From the IMG/VR virus record IMGVR_UViG_3300020045_007949, positions 1 to 64,000 of that record: 64,000 nt of DNA; one strand, given 5' to 3'. Below the pieces are notes generated by a model. That model was not told where the DNA came from. It saw only the letters and a program-made list of their open reading frames with translations, and searched no databases. Of this stretch, positions 33,997 through 44,385 are shown one piece after another; the first letter of the stretch is position 1, and the number at the start of each line of letters is the position of its first letter. The stretch is from a virus. Lineage: Duplodnaviria > Caudoviricetes. The translations under genes and the position numbers were made by a program.

Positions 33997-34443
33997 ATGA
34001 CTACACTCGAAGAATTAAAAACGGCACTATCAGACAAGATGTGCGACAAGAGGCACAGAATAGTAGGATTGGTAGAAGCTACAAGAAGTAGAGAAGAACA
34101 AGTTCTTCGACCATTAAACGCTATGGGTAGTTTTCGACCAATAAGTTACGAAAGAGAACTTTTAGTATTCTTTGTAGTCAATGGAACAGTAACGATTGAT
34201 AAATCTAAATCCATTCCTCTAAGGGTTAATATGGTTGTTATGACTGACGAATATAACGACCTTGCATTGATTATAGAATCCTTAGACGAATACGATTTTC
34301 TTCCGCTTGACCTGACTTTTGGTAGCACTGAAATTTATGATAAATATTTCGACTTTGATGTAAATAAACCATTTCAAGGCTATGCTTTTGAGTTGGCACT
34401 AAACATTCGAGTTTCATATAAAGAACTAATACAAAATGATTGA
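33997..34443 (+). CDS. putative tail terminator
   Basis: Size, acidic composition, position. Confidence 0.5.
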   Translation: MTTLEELKTALSDKMCDKRHRIVGLVEATRSREEQVLRPLNAMGSFRPISYERELLVFFVVNGTVTIDKSKSIPLRVNMVVMTDEYNDLALIIESLDEYDFLPLDLTFGSTEIYDKYFDFDVNKPFQGYAFELALNIRVSYKELIQND

Positions 34444-35233
34444 TTTATTAGAGAAGTTTAAAAAACCATGTGCTGACTTTATAGAAGCACAATCAAAAGG
34501 AATAATTGAATTAGAACCACTTTTTGAGATTAATGGAGTTCCATTTTACACATTCTGCAAGGGGTTGACAATGCTTTCGGCAGAGCGTTTCTTACAGTAT
34601 CAGGAGAATGTGCGTTTTTGGAGTTCAATTGGTTTAAGTAAGGAGGTTTCTTCTGATTACATTAATGAGGCTATTGAAAAGATTGAAGACATTCGTAAGA
34701 ACGTAGATGACCCAAGAATGGCAGTTAAGGCTTGCGACGAAGTACTTGTGACACTTCGTATTTACGAGGAACATAAAAAGAGTTTCAATATTGCAGGTGC
34801 AATGCTTGAACTTTGTGCTTTGGCTCTAATAAATCCATGCGAAAGCCCTTATAAGACTGATTTTGACCATAACGTAGATAAAATTAAACTCATGTCTGCT
34901 GCTATGGATGCAGACAACGGAGAAGAGTTTATGCTTTTTTTTTGGAAACTTTCATCTCTAAGTTCGATGGATTGGGTGCAACGATTGATGGATTTTACAC
35001 CTTATTGGGCAAAGGAGGAAAGTCAAATGACGGAGAGCGAAAAAAACCAATACAACACCTCGAAAAAGTTACTGATATTGGATATTTTAAAGTCCAAAGA
35101 GGTATTGGAAGAATTACAGCTTGGCAAAGGTTCGTCTCGGACTGTAAAGTTATATCGAACCATATTAAACTTAGTCAAAGAGAGGTCGAACGCCAAAGTG
35201 TTCTCGATTATCTCAACTATAAAGAGCTTGTAA
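34436..35233 (+). CDS. tail assembly chaperone (G-like)
   Basis: Upstream of tape measure; contains T9 slippery run at 34935-34943. Confidence 0.65.
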   Translation: MIDLLEKFKKPCADFIEAQSKGIIELEPLFEINGVPFYTFCKGLTMLSAERFLQYQENVRFWSSIGLSKEVSSDYINEAIEKIEDIRKNVDDPRMAVKACDEVLVTLRIYEEHKKSFNIAGAMLELCALALINPCESPYKTDFDHNVDKIKLMSAAMDADNGEEFMLFFWKLSSLSSMDWVQRLMDFTPYWAKEESQMTESEKNQYNTSKKLLILDILKSKEVLEELQLGKGSSRTVKLYRTILNLVKERSNAKVFSIISTIKSL

Positions 35234-35286
35234 ATCAAGAAATTGAAGCTCATAATAAAGCTATTGAAAAGAGTAATAAGAAGTAA
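34935..35286 (+). CDS. -1 frameshift extension (GT-like) of the tail chaperone
   Basis: T TTT TTT heptamer enters the open -1 frame ending at 35286. Confidence 0.65.
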
Positions 35287-35349
35287 GCGAACTGTTTCTA
35301 TTTTGGAAATAGTTCAAAAAAAATCCACACACAAATATAAAGAGTAAAG

Positions 35350-38300
35350 ATGGCAAATTTAGGCGATAGTATCAGGCTGACTACGGTTGCTGATTTACAA
35401 GCACTTTCTGAACTTGTAAATGAGTACAAAAAACTTGGTTTAAGTATATCAGGGGTCGCTGGTGCGTCTCGCATTGTGTCAGAGCAAATCAAAAGAGATG
35501 CTTTAGAGCAAGCTAATGCCACTAAGCAATCTACGCTTCAAACTCAGCTATCTACTGCTGAAATCAAGAAACAATCTGCTGCTTTAGATTTGGCTAAAAA
35601 AAGTTCCGAAGGATTCACTACTTCTCTTACGAGTTTGACAGGCTTACGCTCACAACTAATCGGTCTTTTCGGTGCTATGTCAATTGGTGCTTTTGCCAAA
35701 GAAATGATTGATGCACAATCTCAGGTGGAAGCATTTGAATTGTCAATGGCTAACTTGCTTGGGCAGAAGTATGGAGATAAGTTAGTTGCTGATTTAAAGA
35801 AATTCACCTTAGAAACTCCTCTTAACTTTGAGCAAGTAATTAAATCAACCAATCAATTAGTTGGAGCGTTTAAGGCTGCTGGAGCTTCGAGCGAAACTAT
35901 TGGTAGAGAAGTTCCTATTATCCTTGAATCTTTAGGTAATAGTGCTGCTGCTTTAGGTGGTGGAGATAGATTAGGTCGCTTAACTTACGCCTTTAGTCAA
36001 GTTCAAGCTACTGGTAGATTAATGGGGACAGAGGTTCGCCAAATCACAGAGACTGGATTTCCTTTGTTAGCGGTAATGTCTGAAAGAACAGGAAAGTCTG
36101 TTCAAGAACTTCAAGCAGATATTAAGAATGGACAAGTAGGTTTTTCTCAATTTAAAGATGCTATTTTATCAGCAGGTTTGCAAGGAGGAGTTTTTGCAGG
36201 TGCTATGGATATTATGGCAAATACTGTGCGTGGTAGATTGGATAAATTGAGTGAAACATTCTTCTTCGCTTCGGCAAGAATTGGCGATGCTTTATCAGGT
36301 TCGGCTAAAAGTGCTATCGACTTTGCTAATGCTTTAATAAAAACGCTATTCGGAACTGACGAGGCGGTTCAAAGAACAATTGCATACACAAAAGCGATTG
36401 GCTCACTAATTTTAACCTATACCCTATTAAATAACGCTCAGAGAATATCTGCTGCAACTACGGCTGCTATGGCAGTAGCAGAAAAGGCTTGGTTAGTCAT
36501 AAAGGGAGAGTTTATTCTTTTAACGCAGGGACAGGCTGCTGCGAATTTACTATTAACAGAAACGCAATTAGAAGCTGCTATTGCAGCAGATACATTTAAT
36601 AGAGCAATGTTAAAAAACCCGATAGGATTAATTACTATTGCTATTGGAACGGCTATTGCTGCATATCAATTATACAATGCAACTGCCGAAGAAAGTAAAG
36701 AACTTACTTTAGAAAATATCAAAGCTAATGACGCTGATATTAAAAATCTATTAAGCAAGGAAGCGAGAATTAATGCCGTTGCTTCGTCATTAAAAGGACT
36801 TACTTTTGGAAGCGAGGGATACAAACACCAAATAGACACTTTAATAAAGTTAGCACCCGAATATTTTTCTCAATTAGACAGAGAGAAATCTACTTATAAC
36901 GAGGTGGCACTCGCTGTAAGTCGTGCCAATACAGCTATCGAGAGAAAGATTAAATTAATGGCTATGGAAAAATTGGCTGAAAAGGTGGCTGACCGTTCTG
37001 CTGATATTAAATTACAAATCGCACAAGAAGAGATTTTAGATGCTACTCGCAAGAAAAATGCGGAAGACTATAATAAAGCAATAGAAAAAACATCATCAAA
37101 TGTTAGAGGTTTTATTCAGCAAGAATCTGTAATATATGAAGGAGAAAGTAAGAAACTAAAAGACCTTCGTGTAAAAGATTCGGAGAATACACTACTACTT
37201 CAAAAAGTAAGCAATGGCTTGGCTTTGGAAGAGCAAAAACAATATACGACTCGACACGCTGAAATTATTCAAAGACAAAAGAATGGAGAATATAAGACGA
37301 GAAAAGACTTTACTGAGGCTTTAAAGAAACTTGATGAGGAGTATTCATTGGGAGTTGATAAGACTTTAGAGGACAATATTAAAAATGGAGGCAAAAAGAC
37401 TCGTGAATCCAACGAAAAGGCTTTAAAATATCAAGAGGATACTAATAAGCAAAAGTTAATTTTAGATGAAACTAACGCACTAAAAGCTGAACAACAAACT
37501 CGTAAAAATCAAAAACAAATTCTTGATTTAGAGAAAGAGTACGCAGAGTTACGTGTAGTTAACGCCAAAGGAAGTCAGACGAAAAAAGTAAAGGCACTCG
37601 AAGATATAGATAGAAAATACAGAGAAGACTTTGCTAATCTTACAAGAGTTTGGGATAAGAAAGATTTGGAGGCATCTGAGAAGTTTTGGAAAGAAGTAGA
37701 AAAGGCTGAAAAGGAAAGCCAAGACAATAGAGTTAAGTTCAGCAAAGGTATTGACAAAGTTCTTGAAGATGCAAAAGAAACATCTGAGAAAAATAAGACA
37801 AAGATAGCCGAGAAGTATGCAAAAGACTTACAAAAGGTAGATGAGGATAATTTAAAAGAATCATCTAAATTATTAGATAAGAAGTACAACTTGATGGATT
37901 CGTTAAGACTTCTTGATAAAATTTCTCACGCTAAAACGGCTAAAGAAATCACCGAGATTCAAAAAGAAGAGAACCTAAAAGTTCTTGCAGACATTAAAGA
38001 CTCATTGAATCAACAATTGGTTTTTGCTAAACTTAGGTTAGAGCGATTAAAACAGGAAAAGGGTATAGAACCCTTGGAGTACAAATCTCACTTTAATACA
38101 GTCTTGGTTTTAGAGCAACAGTACGTTGACGCTTCATCTAATTTGGCTGATGAGCAATCGGAGCAGCTAAAAAAGAAATTAAAAAAGAGAGAAGAAATTA
38201 TAAAAGAAGCCTTGAATGTTATATACGAGGCTGGAAAAAATGTTTTGAGCGATATATTCTCAATCAAACAAGAGAAGTTAAGTCAAGAACTTAGAAATGC

Positions 38301-39963
38301 AGAAACAGAGCTTGATAAATTTAGAATTAGACAACAACAAAAGGATTTAGAGACAGAACAAAAGACTATTGGCTTCTTTACCTCCTTAGCTTCGGGCAAT
38401 TGGGTTCAAGCGATTGGAAATCTTGTGTCTGTAATTGACGATTTATCAACTAATGTGGCATTAGAAAGACAAGCTGCTTTACTTGAAGACCAACTAAATT
38501 CCCTTAAAGAGATTATGGGAATAATTGATTCGAGTTTAAATTCCATTGGCTCATCTTTTGAAAGCATTAGTGAAGTTTATGGCTCTATATTTGATGTGTC
38601 TAAATTGCAGGAATTTAGCGTATTAGCAGAGACAAGTATTGAAGACAGGATTCAAGCAGAAATTAAACACGGAGAACAAATTACAGCTAATTACAATAAG
38701 GCTGTAAAAGAAGAAGACGATAGATATAATAAGCAGGTAAGTAATATTGAAAAGGCTTATGATTTAGAGGTTAAGAATATTAACGCTAAATATGACTTAA
38801 TTGACCTAAAAGCTAATCAAGCCTATAATAAAGAAACCTTAGCTATTGTTGCTGCTGGTTCTGCACAACTTGAAGCACTAATCACTAATGAAGCATCATT
38901 AGCAAGTGTAAGGGGTGAATTTGCTGCTAAGAGGTTGGCTGTCGAACAAGCGTTTCCGTTAGCATCAAAAGCTATTACAGAGGGAATGAGTCAATCAGAA
39001 ATTGATGCAATTAATGCTTCAATAAAGGCTCGTGATGAACAATTTGCCAAAATACAGGCATGGTATAATGAAGAATTGACTTTTATTGCTAACTCGGAAG
39101 GGCAAAAACGCAAGGAATATACCGATACAGAGAAGATTCAGAAACAGATTCGTGATAACTTAGATTTGGCTGCTATTAAGTTCCAAGCAGATGAAATCAA
39201 AAGGGAAAAAGACAAGGCTGACGCTATTTTAATTGCAGAGAAAAATAAGAATACCCTTATTCAAACTGAAACACTAAGCCACAATCAGATTTTAGTTAAT
39301 TTAGAATTGCAGAAAAATGCTGATATTCTAAATAGCTTTACCACTTTGAAGATTTTATTACAAGCACAAATCAATCAAATAACAGGTGCTTTGGTAGATT
39401 CGGCAAACATTAGTGCGGAGGCATTTGCTAAATTAAAGCAACAATTAGAGGAAATAACAATTTTATATAAGGCGTTATCTAATGGAACAACACCTCCAAC
39501 AATTGTCATTCCTACAATTGATATTCCAAGAATAGGTGGCTTCGAGAAAGGAACGGATAATACTTCTGTAAGTTTAAGCGGTGCGACAGTAGATAATCGT
39601 GGAGGAAAATTAGCTATACTTCACCCTAATGAAGCGGTATTCTCTAAAGCTGATATGACGCAAATGACTCGTTTCTTAGGTAAAAGACCAACAAGAGATG
39701 AAGTTATCGATAGGTTTAAAATGGGAACGAAATTGATTGACAGTAATTCGTTTATTCAGAAGATTAGCCCTTATGTGATTAGTAAAACTGAGGTTAAGAA
39801 TAACACTGATGTAAGGGAGTTAACCAAGAAGATTGAGAGACTAACTAAGGAGGTTGTAAAAAGACAACAACCTATGGTTACTGTCGATAAGAATGGAATC
39901 AGAACATTTGTGACGAATATTAACTCTCAAATAGAGATTAAGAATCAGAAATTTTCAAGTTGA
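35350..39963 (+). CDS. tape measure protein
   Basis: 1537 aa; tape-measure domain LETPLNFEQV...FSQVQATGRLMGTEVRQ; long coiled coils. Confidence 0.92.
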   Translation: MANLGDSIRLTTVADLQALSELVNEYKKLGLSISGVAGASRIVSEQIKRDALEQANATKQSTLQTQLSTAEIKKQSAALDLAKKSSEGFTTSLTSLTGLRSQLIGLFGAMSIGAFAKEMIDAQSQVEAFELSMANLLGQKYGDKLVADLKKFTLETPLNFEQVIKSTNQLVGAFKAAGASSETIGREVPIILESLGNSAAALGGGDRLGRLTYAFSQVQATGRLMGTEVRQITETGFPLLAVMSERTGKSVQELQADIKNGQVGFSQFKDAILSAGLQGGVFAGAMDIMANTVRGRLDKLSETFFFASARIGDALSGSAKSAIDFANALIKTLFGTDEAVQRTIAYTKAIGSLILTYTLLNNAQRISAATTAAMAVAEKAWLVIKGEFILLTQGQAAANLLLTETQLEAAIAADTFNRAMLKNPIGLITIAIGTAIAAYQLYNATAEESKELTLENIKANDADIKNLLSKEARINAVASSLKGLTFGSEGYKHQIDTLIKLAPEYFSQLDREKSTYNEVALAVSRANTAIERKIKLMAMEKLAEKVADRSADIKLQIAQEEILDATRKKNAEDYNKAIEKTSSNVRGFIQQESVIYEGESKKLKDLRVKDSENTLLLQKVSNGLALEEQKQYTTRHAEIIQRQKNGEYKTRKDFTEALKKLDEEYSLGVDKTLEDNIKNGGKKTRESNEKALKYQEDTNKQKLILDETNALKAEQQTRKNQKQILDLEKEYAELRVVNAKGSQTKKVKALEDIDRKYREDFANLTRVWDKKDLEASEKFWKEVEKAEKESQDNRVKFSKGIDKVLEDAKETSEKNKTKIAEKYAKDLQKVDEDNLKESSKLLDKKYNLMDSLRLLDKISHAKTAKEITEIQKEENLKVLADIKDSLNQQLVFAKLRLERLKQEKGIEPLEYKSHFNTVLVLEQQYVDASSNLADEQSEQLKKKLKKREEIIKEALNVIYEAGKNVLSDIFSIKQEKLSQELRNAETELDKFRIRQQQKDLETEQKTIGFFTSLASGNWVQAIGNLVSVIDDLSTNVALERQAALLEDQLNSLKEIMGIIDSSLNSIGSSFESISEVYGSIFDVSKLQEFSVLAETSIEDRIQAEIKHGEQITANYNKAVKEEDDRYNKQVSNIEKAYDLEVKNINAKYDLIDLKANQAYNKETLAIVAAGSAQLEALITNEASLASVRGEFAAKRLAVEQAFPLASKAITEGMSQSEIDAINASIKARDEQFAKIQAWYNEELTFIANSEGQKRKEYTDTEKIQKQIRDNLDLAAIKFQADEIKREKDKADAILIAEKNKNTLIQTETLSHNQILVNLELQKNADILNSFTTLKILLQAQINQITGALVDSANISAEAFAKLKQQLEEITILYKALSNGTTPPTIVIPTIDIPRIGGFEKGTDNTSVSLSGATVDNRGGKLAILHPNEAVFSKADMTQMTRFLGKRPTRDEVIDRFKMGTKLIDSNSFIQKISPYVISKTEVKNNTDVRELTKKIERLTKEVVKRQQPMVTVDKNGIRTFVTNINSQIEIKNQKFSS

Positions 39964-39967
39964 TATT

Positions 39968-39998
39968 ACGGCACTAATTACACACTAGTGCCGTTTTT
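39968..39998 (+). terminator. intrinsic terminator at strand convergence
   Basis: ACGGCACTA/TAGTGCCGT plus TTTT. Confidence 0.8.
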
Positions 39999-40002
39999 GT
40001 TT

Positions 40003-40215
40003 TTAATATTCTCCACCACTTCCACCGCCACCAAAATCTCCTCCACCGAAACTGTTATTATCTTCAATGTATTGGGGAAAATTGTTTAGATAATTTGAAG
40101 CCTCGTTTGCAATTTCTGTCCTACTGAATGATTTTGAATTTCCTCTTGTGTTTTGAGGTAATCTTTGTTTTCCAAAAACAATTCTTTCGCTCGGATGTAA
40201 TACTTTCTTTTTCAT
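40003..40215 (-). CDS. small protein with Gly-rich tail
   Basis: FGGGDFGGGGSGG C-terminus. Confidence 0.6.
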   Translation of the reverse strand: MKKKVLHPSERIVFGKQRLPQNTRGNSKSFSRTEIANEASNYLNNFPQYIEDNNSFGGGDFGGGGSGGEY

Positions 40216-40330
40216 TTCTTAATTATTAAATCGGAAGTTATAGTAACTTCTTCCTCTTTAGTGAATAATGATACTACTAATGCGATTATGTATAGACCGC
40301 CAAATATGATTGATAAAACTACTTCTGCTT

Positions 40331-40519
40331 TCATTTTTGTGCGTATAATTGAGTTAAATTTAAGTCACCACCAGTCCTATACTCTCCGTATTTTTCGTCA
40401 AAATCCAAGTCTTCATCACTTTCATCGACATCTTTATTAAATTCTTCTTCCAATTCGGCAGGAATTACGTACCAGTGACAACTATCATCTTGAACTGCCT
40501 TTACTTTTTGAAATTTCAT
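40331..40519 (-). CDS. hypothetical acidic protein
   Basis: ORF track. Confidence 0.7.
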   Translation of the reverse strand: MKFQKVKAVQDDSCHWYVIPAELEEEFNKDVDESDEDLDFDEKYGEYRTGGDLNLTQLYAQK

Positions 40520-40520
40520 C

Positions 40521-40712
40521 TTAGTCTCTTATGATTGATATGATAAAAGCGATAAATATTATAATTATTAGCAACGCTAAACCTCCCCAAAAAGGCATAG
40601 TGACATACCACCATGACCAATCAATTGCTTTTGTTAGCTTTAAAACCACAAATGCAACACCTAATAAACCTAAAATACTTATTCGTGAGTTTGAATTACT
40701 TTCTTTTGACAT
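40521..40712 (-). CDS. small membrane protein (IDWSWW type)
   Basis: LKLTKAIDWSWWYVTMPFW. Confidence 0.75.
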   Translation of the reverse strand: MSKESNSNSRISILGLLGVAFVVLKLTKAIDWSWWYVTMPFWGGLALLIIIIFIAFIISIIRD

Positions 40713-40713
40713 T

Positions 40714-40899
40714 TTATTTCTTGTTTATATGTTTTTTAATTAATTTCAAGGACTCCTTATAAGATTCAGTTGCTAAGAATTTCCCATTAATTATTGGATT
40801 AACCAATTCATTTGTTTGTAAATTCTTAGCATAAACCCTAAACATTGTAACACCCTTGTCTATGTACGAGAAAACTGTGATTAAATAACCCTTATACAT
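40714..40899 (-). CDS. hypothetical protein
   Basis: ORF track. Confidence 0.6.
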   Translation of the reverse strand: MYKGYLITVFSYIDKGVTMFRVYAKNLQTNELVNPIINGKFLATESYKESLKLIKKHINKK

Positions 40900-41929
40900 C
40901 TTTGCTTAAATCGTTTAAAGTTTCTCTCGCTTTGTCTTCGTATCTTAAAATGCGATAATCAAAGTCAGCCTTAGGGTCAATGACATCTGAAATTTCCATC
41001 ATTTCTCCGCTTGGAGTAACTAAGCCTTCCATGACTGCGATGTTTAATCTCGCCTCTAATCTTTGTTGGTCAGTAAATCCGAATCTATTTTCTTTATCAA
41101 AATGTTCTTTCAATTCATACTTGGGTTCTTTGTTCCAACCCAAAGGAGAGAGATTGAACATTTGAATTTCTTCTTCCGACTTATCAAAGTATTGGGAGAT
41201 TAATTTCCTTCCAAATATTAACTGATATTTGTGAGACTCGAAGAATGACTTTTCATCTTTATGTTCATAATTAGATTTCAAATCTACGATTCCAAAAACT
41301 TGCTTTCTCGTCTCTGTTCTTACTTTCTTATACTTTATATCGCCCTTCTTGTTTACAGTGCCTCCACGCTCATAAATGCCGTCTTCAACCATTGTTTCTT
41401 CTGTAACGGTAACGGTGAGTTTACAAAACATATCAATTGCTGAACAAATATAAGCACTTCCGTAAGGCGTTGGGTAATGAGTACCTAAAATACCCTCCAA
41501 AAAGAAAACTTCAACTTCATAATCTTGTAGAAACCTCTTTAAAGAGTTCATATCTTTCTTAAATTGCTCTTTCTTGTGAAAGGTTTCATCAGCTATCTCA
41601 ATGAGGTATTTAGGAATTGCTTCTCCTTTACAAAGATACCCGAAACCGATATGACAAAGAGTTCCATAATCAGCCATTAATTGAAGCTGCTCTTTCCAAT
41701 TTGGTCGAGAATCTTTCCATTCTCTTAGAAATTTAGATTCACCAAAAGCCCTATCAATAGCTGTTGTGATTCCGCAAGCAATAAGAATTTCTCCATCTTT
41801 CTCAGCGAAATAGTAACGGTGTCCGTGATGATTCATTCTTCTCCAAATCATTGACGGTTTTAATCCAGTAGGATTGTATTCAGCCCAATCTAATTGAGAC
41901 TTACTTACTAAAATATCTCGTTTATTCAT
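40892..41929 (-). CDS. PD-(D/E)XK exonuclease
   Basis: GTLCH, AIDMF, IVDLKS, QLIFG motifs. Confidence 0.75.
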   Translation of the reverse strand: MNKRDILVSKSQLDWAEYNPTGLKPSMIWRRMNHHGHRYYFAEKDGEILIACGITTAIDRAFGESKFLREWKDSRPNWKEQLQLMADYGTLCHIGFGYLCKGEAIPKYLIEIADETFHKKEQFKKDMNSLKRFLQDYEVEVFFLEGILGTHYPTPYGSAYICSAIDMFCKLTVTVTEETMVEDGIYERGGTVNKKGDIKYKKVRTETRKQVFGIVDLKSNYEHKDEKSFFESHKYQLIFGRKLISQYFDKSEEEIQMFNLSPLGWNKEPKYELKEHFDKENRFGFTDQQRLEARLNIAVMEGLVTPSGEMMEISDVIDPKADFDYRILRYEDKARETLNDLSKDV

Positions 41930-42323
41930 TACTTGTAAAATCTAAAAAGTCTTGTTCTGATTTAAACTCGAAAACATTGGTGATTACTAAATTATCTAAG
42001 CCATGAGTTTTTCTTGAATGTTCTTTTAAGAATTTATTGCTCGGAACTTTTCCGATTTCATTTTTAAGCCAAATATTTCCAGTGTTATTACCTGACACGT
42101 AAGTAAACAAAAAGTATCTTTCATTTTTCACTGGTTCTGAATAATTTCCACAAGCCGAGATGAGCCACCAACAATCAAATTCAGACACATAAAAAGTTCC
42201 ATCATCTTCATCAATCTCTGCAACAGTAACTTTTTCGCCTATAATTTTATCAAATCTACTTACGTATGCCAAGCTATCATTGCTTGAAAACTTTTTTAAA
42301 AAAACTTTATCTCCAATTTTCAT
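41922..42323 (-). CDS. hypothetical protein with KIGDKV (SH3/KOW-like) module
   Basis: Similar to the N-terminus of 44385-44978. Confidence 0.65.
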   Translation of the reverse strand: MKIGDKVFLKKFSSNDSLAYVSRFDKIIGEKVTVAEIDEDDGTFYVSEFDCWWLISACGNYSEPVKNERYFLFTYVSGNNTGNIWLKNEIGKVPSNKFLKEHSRKTHGLDNLVITNVFEFKSEQDFLDFTSNE

Positions 42324-42516
42324 TTTGTAATTTTAGTCTTAAAGTTTCTAAATCTTTATCCATTTTCCTCCTTTCTGCCTTATCAGTAGAGTCTAATTTC
42401 CATTGCCTGTCGAGTTCCTTAATTCTTATATCTCTATCTTTGTTATTACTTGTGACAATATTATCAACAATTATCAACATCAAAATAAATACAAATAATG
42501 CAGCCAATTCTTTCAT
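42307..42516 (-). CDS. small membrane-anchored protein
   Basis: N-terminal TM. Confidence 0.6.
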   Translation of the reverse strand: MKELAALFVFILMLIIVDNIVTSNNKDRDIRIKELDRQWKLDSTDKAERRKMDKDLETLRLKLQNENWR

Positions 42517-42854
42517 TTTCCAAGTTTTTTGCGTTCTGTAATTTTTCTGTCTAAAATATCATATATCCATTCCTTAGAAGGATTTCTTTTCCCTGAGAAC
42601 CAATACGAGATTGTTATTTTGTGATAAACGACTTTCTCTTCTCCGCTTTCTATAAAAAGGAGTGCTTGTATTTGAGCAATAGTTAGCTTAGTGTAACTTT
42701 TAGCTTCTCTAAGCGTCATTCCTTGAATCAATCTCTCACTATTATTGAGATACATATTTGGTATCGCTCGCTTCTTTTTCCACCTATTTAAAGTGAAATA
42801 AGATAATCCGTATTTTTGTCCGAGTTCTTTTGCTTTTCTTTCGTCGTATTTCAT
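42513..42854 (-). CDS. HTH DNA-binding protein
   Basis: LSYFTLNRWKK and TISYWFSGKRNPS. Confidence 0.65.
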   Translation of the reverse strand: MKYDERKAKELGQKYGLSYFTLNRWKKKRAIPNMYLNNSERLIQGMTLREAKSYTKLTIAQIQALLFIESGEEKVVYHKITISYWFSGKRNPSKEWIYDILDRKITERKKLGK

Positions 42855-43111
42855 TGAATGACAATGTTTGCTCTTTTTAATTCATTTCCGATTGCAACGT
42901 AAAGTGCTACAAGTGCTTCTTCTTTTAACTTTATAACCGTAATAACTGTATTTTCGTCTTTCACGCATACACAAGTTTCTTTTCCTAAATCATCATGTCT
43001 AAGCAATCTTTTGAACTCGATTTGCGTGCCATTTGCGTCGATAGCCTTTACATTCACCTGTTTGTTATTAAACTCAACTACCGTTCCGTTGATATATTCA
43101 ATTGTATTCAT
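42851..43111 (-). CDS. hypothetical protein
   Basis: ORF track. Confidence 0.65.
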   Translation of the reverse strand: MNTIEYINGTVVEFNNKQVNVKAIDANGTQIEFKRLLRHDDLGKETCVCVKDENTVITVIKLKEEALVALYVAIGNELKRANIVIQ

Positions 43112-43142
43112 AAATTCTATTTAATTTAGCAAAAATAAGTTT

Positions 43143-43168
43143 AAAAAATAGGGGATTTTAACCCCCTA
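43143..43168 (-). terminator. intrinsic terminator
   Basis: TAGGGG/CCCCTA hairpin plus U6 on minus strand. Confidence 0.6.
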
Positions 43169-43187
43169 AACAATATTTACTTGACAA

Positions 43188-43862
43188 TTAAAAATCTAAA
43201 TCGTCATTATTTCCAACTTCTACGCCAACTTTCGGAGTCTCCTTAGGCTTTGAATCTAAAGATTTCTCTGTCTTAAACTTCTCGAAACGAGCGATTATTT
43301 CAGAAGCCTTTGCGTAATACCACTCCTCTTGCTCTGAATAATCCCACTTTCCTGATGCTCTTTGCTTTCCTTTCGGTGCTTCTTTTGAATCTAAACGCTC
43401 AGGGCAAACATTCTTCTCCTTTCCGTCTTTATCGACGAAAGATTCTTTCGTATAATAAACAAAGCAATTCTGATAAGTCTTTTTCTCTCCTTTTTGAGTT
43501 ACAGCCGATTTTGGATAGAACTTTACAGCAATTTCTTTCGAGAAGTCAGCGTTATAAAGTGCCTCGATAAGAACACGGTAAGGCTCATTGTCTAAAGCTA
43601 CTGACACCGAAGCAGTTGAGTCTGAATCTCTCAATAAAATGCCGAAACGTTTTCCGAATGGCGTTTCCTTGAAATTCAAGTAGGAAAGTGTTCCGATTAA
43701 TCCATCTAAGTAGCGATGATATGTGAATCCACCTTCTTTCATCTCAATTTTGCGATAACCTTCCTTAGGTTCTTTTGAAGAATGATACAGCTTCTTTTCT
43801 GCACCTGATACTTGGTAATTGATGATTTCCGAGTTTGAATACTCGTTATTAATTTCTGCCAT
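43188..43862 (-). CDS. putative single-stranded DNA-binding protein
   Basis: Acidic NNDDLDF C-terminal tail; beta-rich core; replication context. Confidence 0.6.
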   Translation of the reverse strand: MAEINNEYSNSEIINYQVSGAEKKLYHSSKEPKEGYRKIEMKEGGFTYHRYLDGLIGTLSYLNFKETPFGKRFGILLRDSDSTASVSVALDNEPYRVLIEALYNADFSKEIAVKFYPKSAVTQKGEKKTYQNCFVYYTKESFVDKDGKEKNVCPERLDSKEAPKGKQRASGKWDYSEQEEWYYAKASEIIARFEKFKTEKSLDSKPKETPKVGVEVGNNDDLDF

Positions 43863-44085
43863 TGGTAATAAAATTTAAAAGTAAAAAATGATTATAATAA
43901 TGTGTAAATTTACTAATAATAATTTAATTCTGCAAGTTAATCTTCAAATAAAGTTTCATCTTTTTCTCCATTTAAAACCCAATTGAGTGCATTAATAACA
44001 CCCTGTTCATAAGACATTCCGTGATATTTCCCATCATTTTCGGTAGCCTTGTCAATTTCTTGGTAAATTCTCTTTTCGTCGGTAA

Positions 44086-44385
44086 TCATTGTTCCTTAGA
44101 TTTTAAGTATAAGTATAAATTAATTACAGTTTCAGCTACTCTCTTACACAAATCCACATCCAAGTCAATTACTTTAACCCTATCTCTACCTTGACTATCG
44201 ACGAATTTCTCTCCGTCTTTCATAATCGTGATAAGAACTTGGTCTTTCGGCTTGGCTCTTTTCATCGTGGTTTCTACATCGAAACCTTTTGAATTAATGT
44301 AAGAAAGTGCTGATTCGTATTCTACCTGCTTTTGAGACTTTTCTATTTTTACAGGTGAATCTTCTTTTGCTTTCCATTTTGCCAT
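44086..44385 (-). CDS. hypothetical protein
   Basis: ORF track. Confidence 0.65.
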   Translation of the reverse strand: MAKWKAKEDSPVKIEKSQKQVEYESALSYINSKGFDVETTMKRAKPKDQVLITIMKDGEKFVDSQGRDRVKVIDLDVDLCKRVAETVINLYLYLKSKEQ

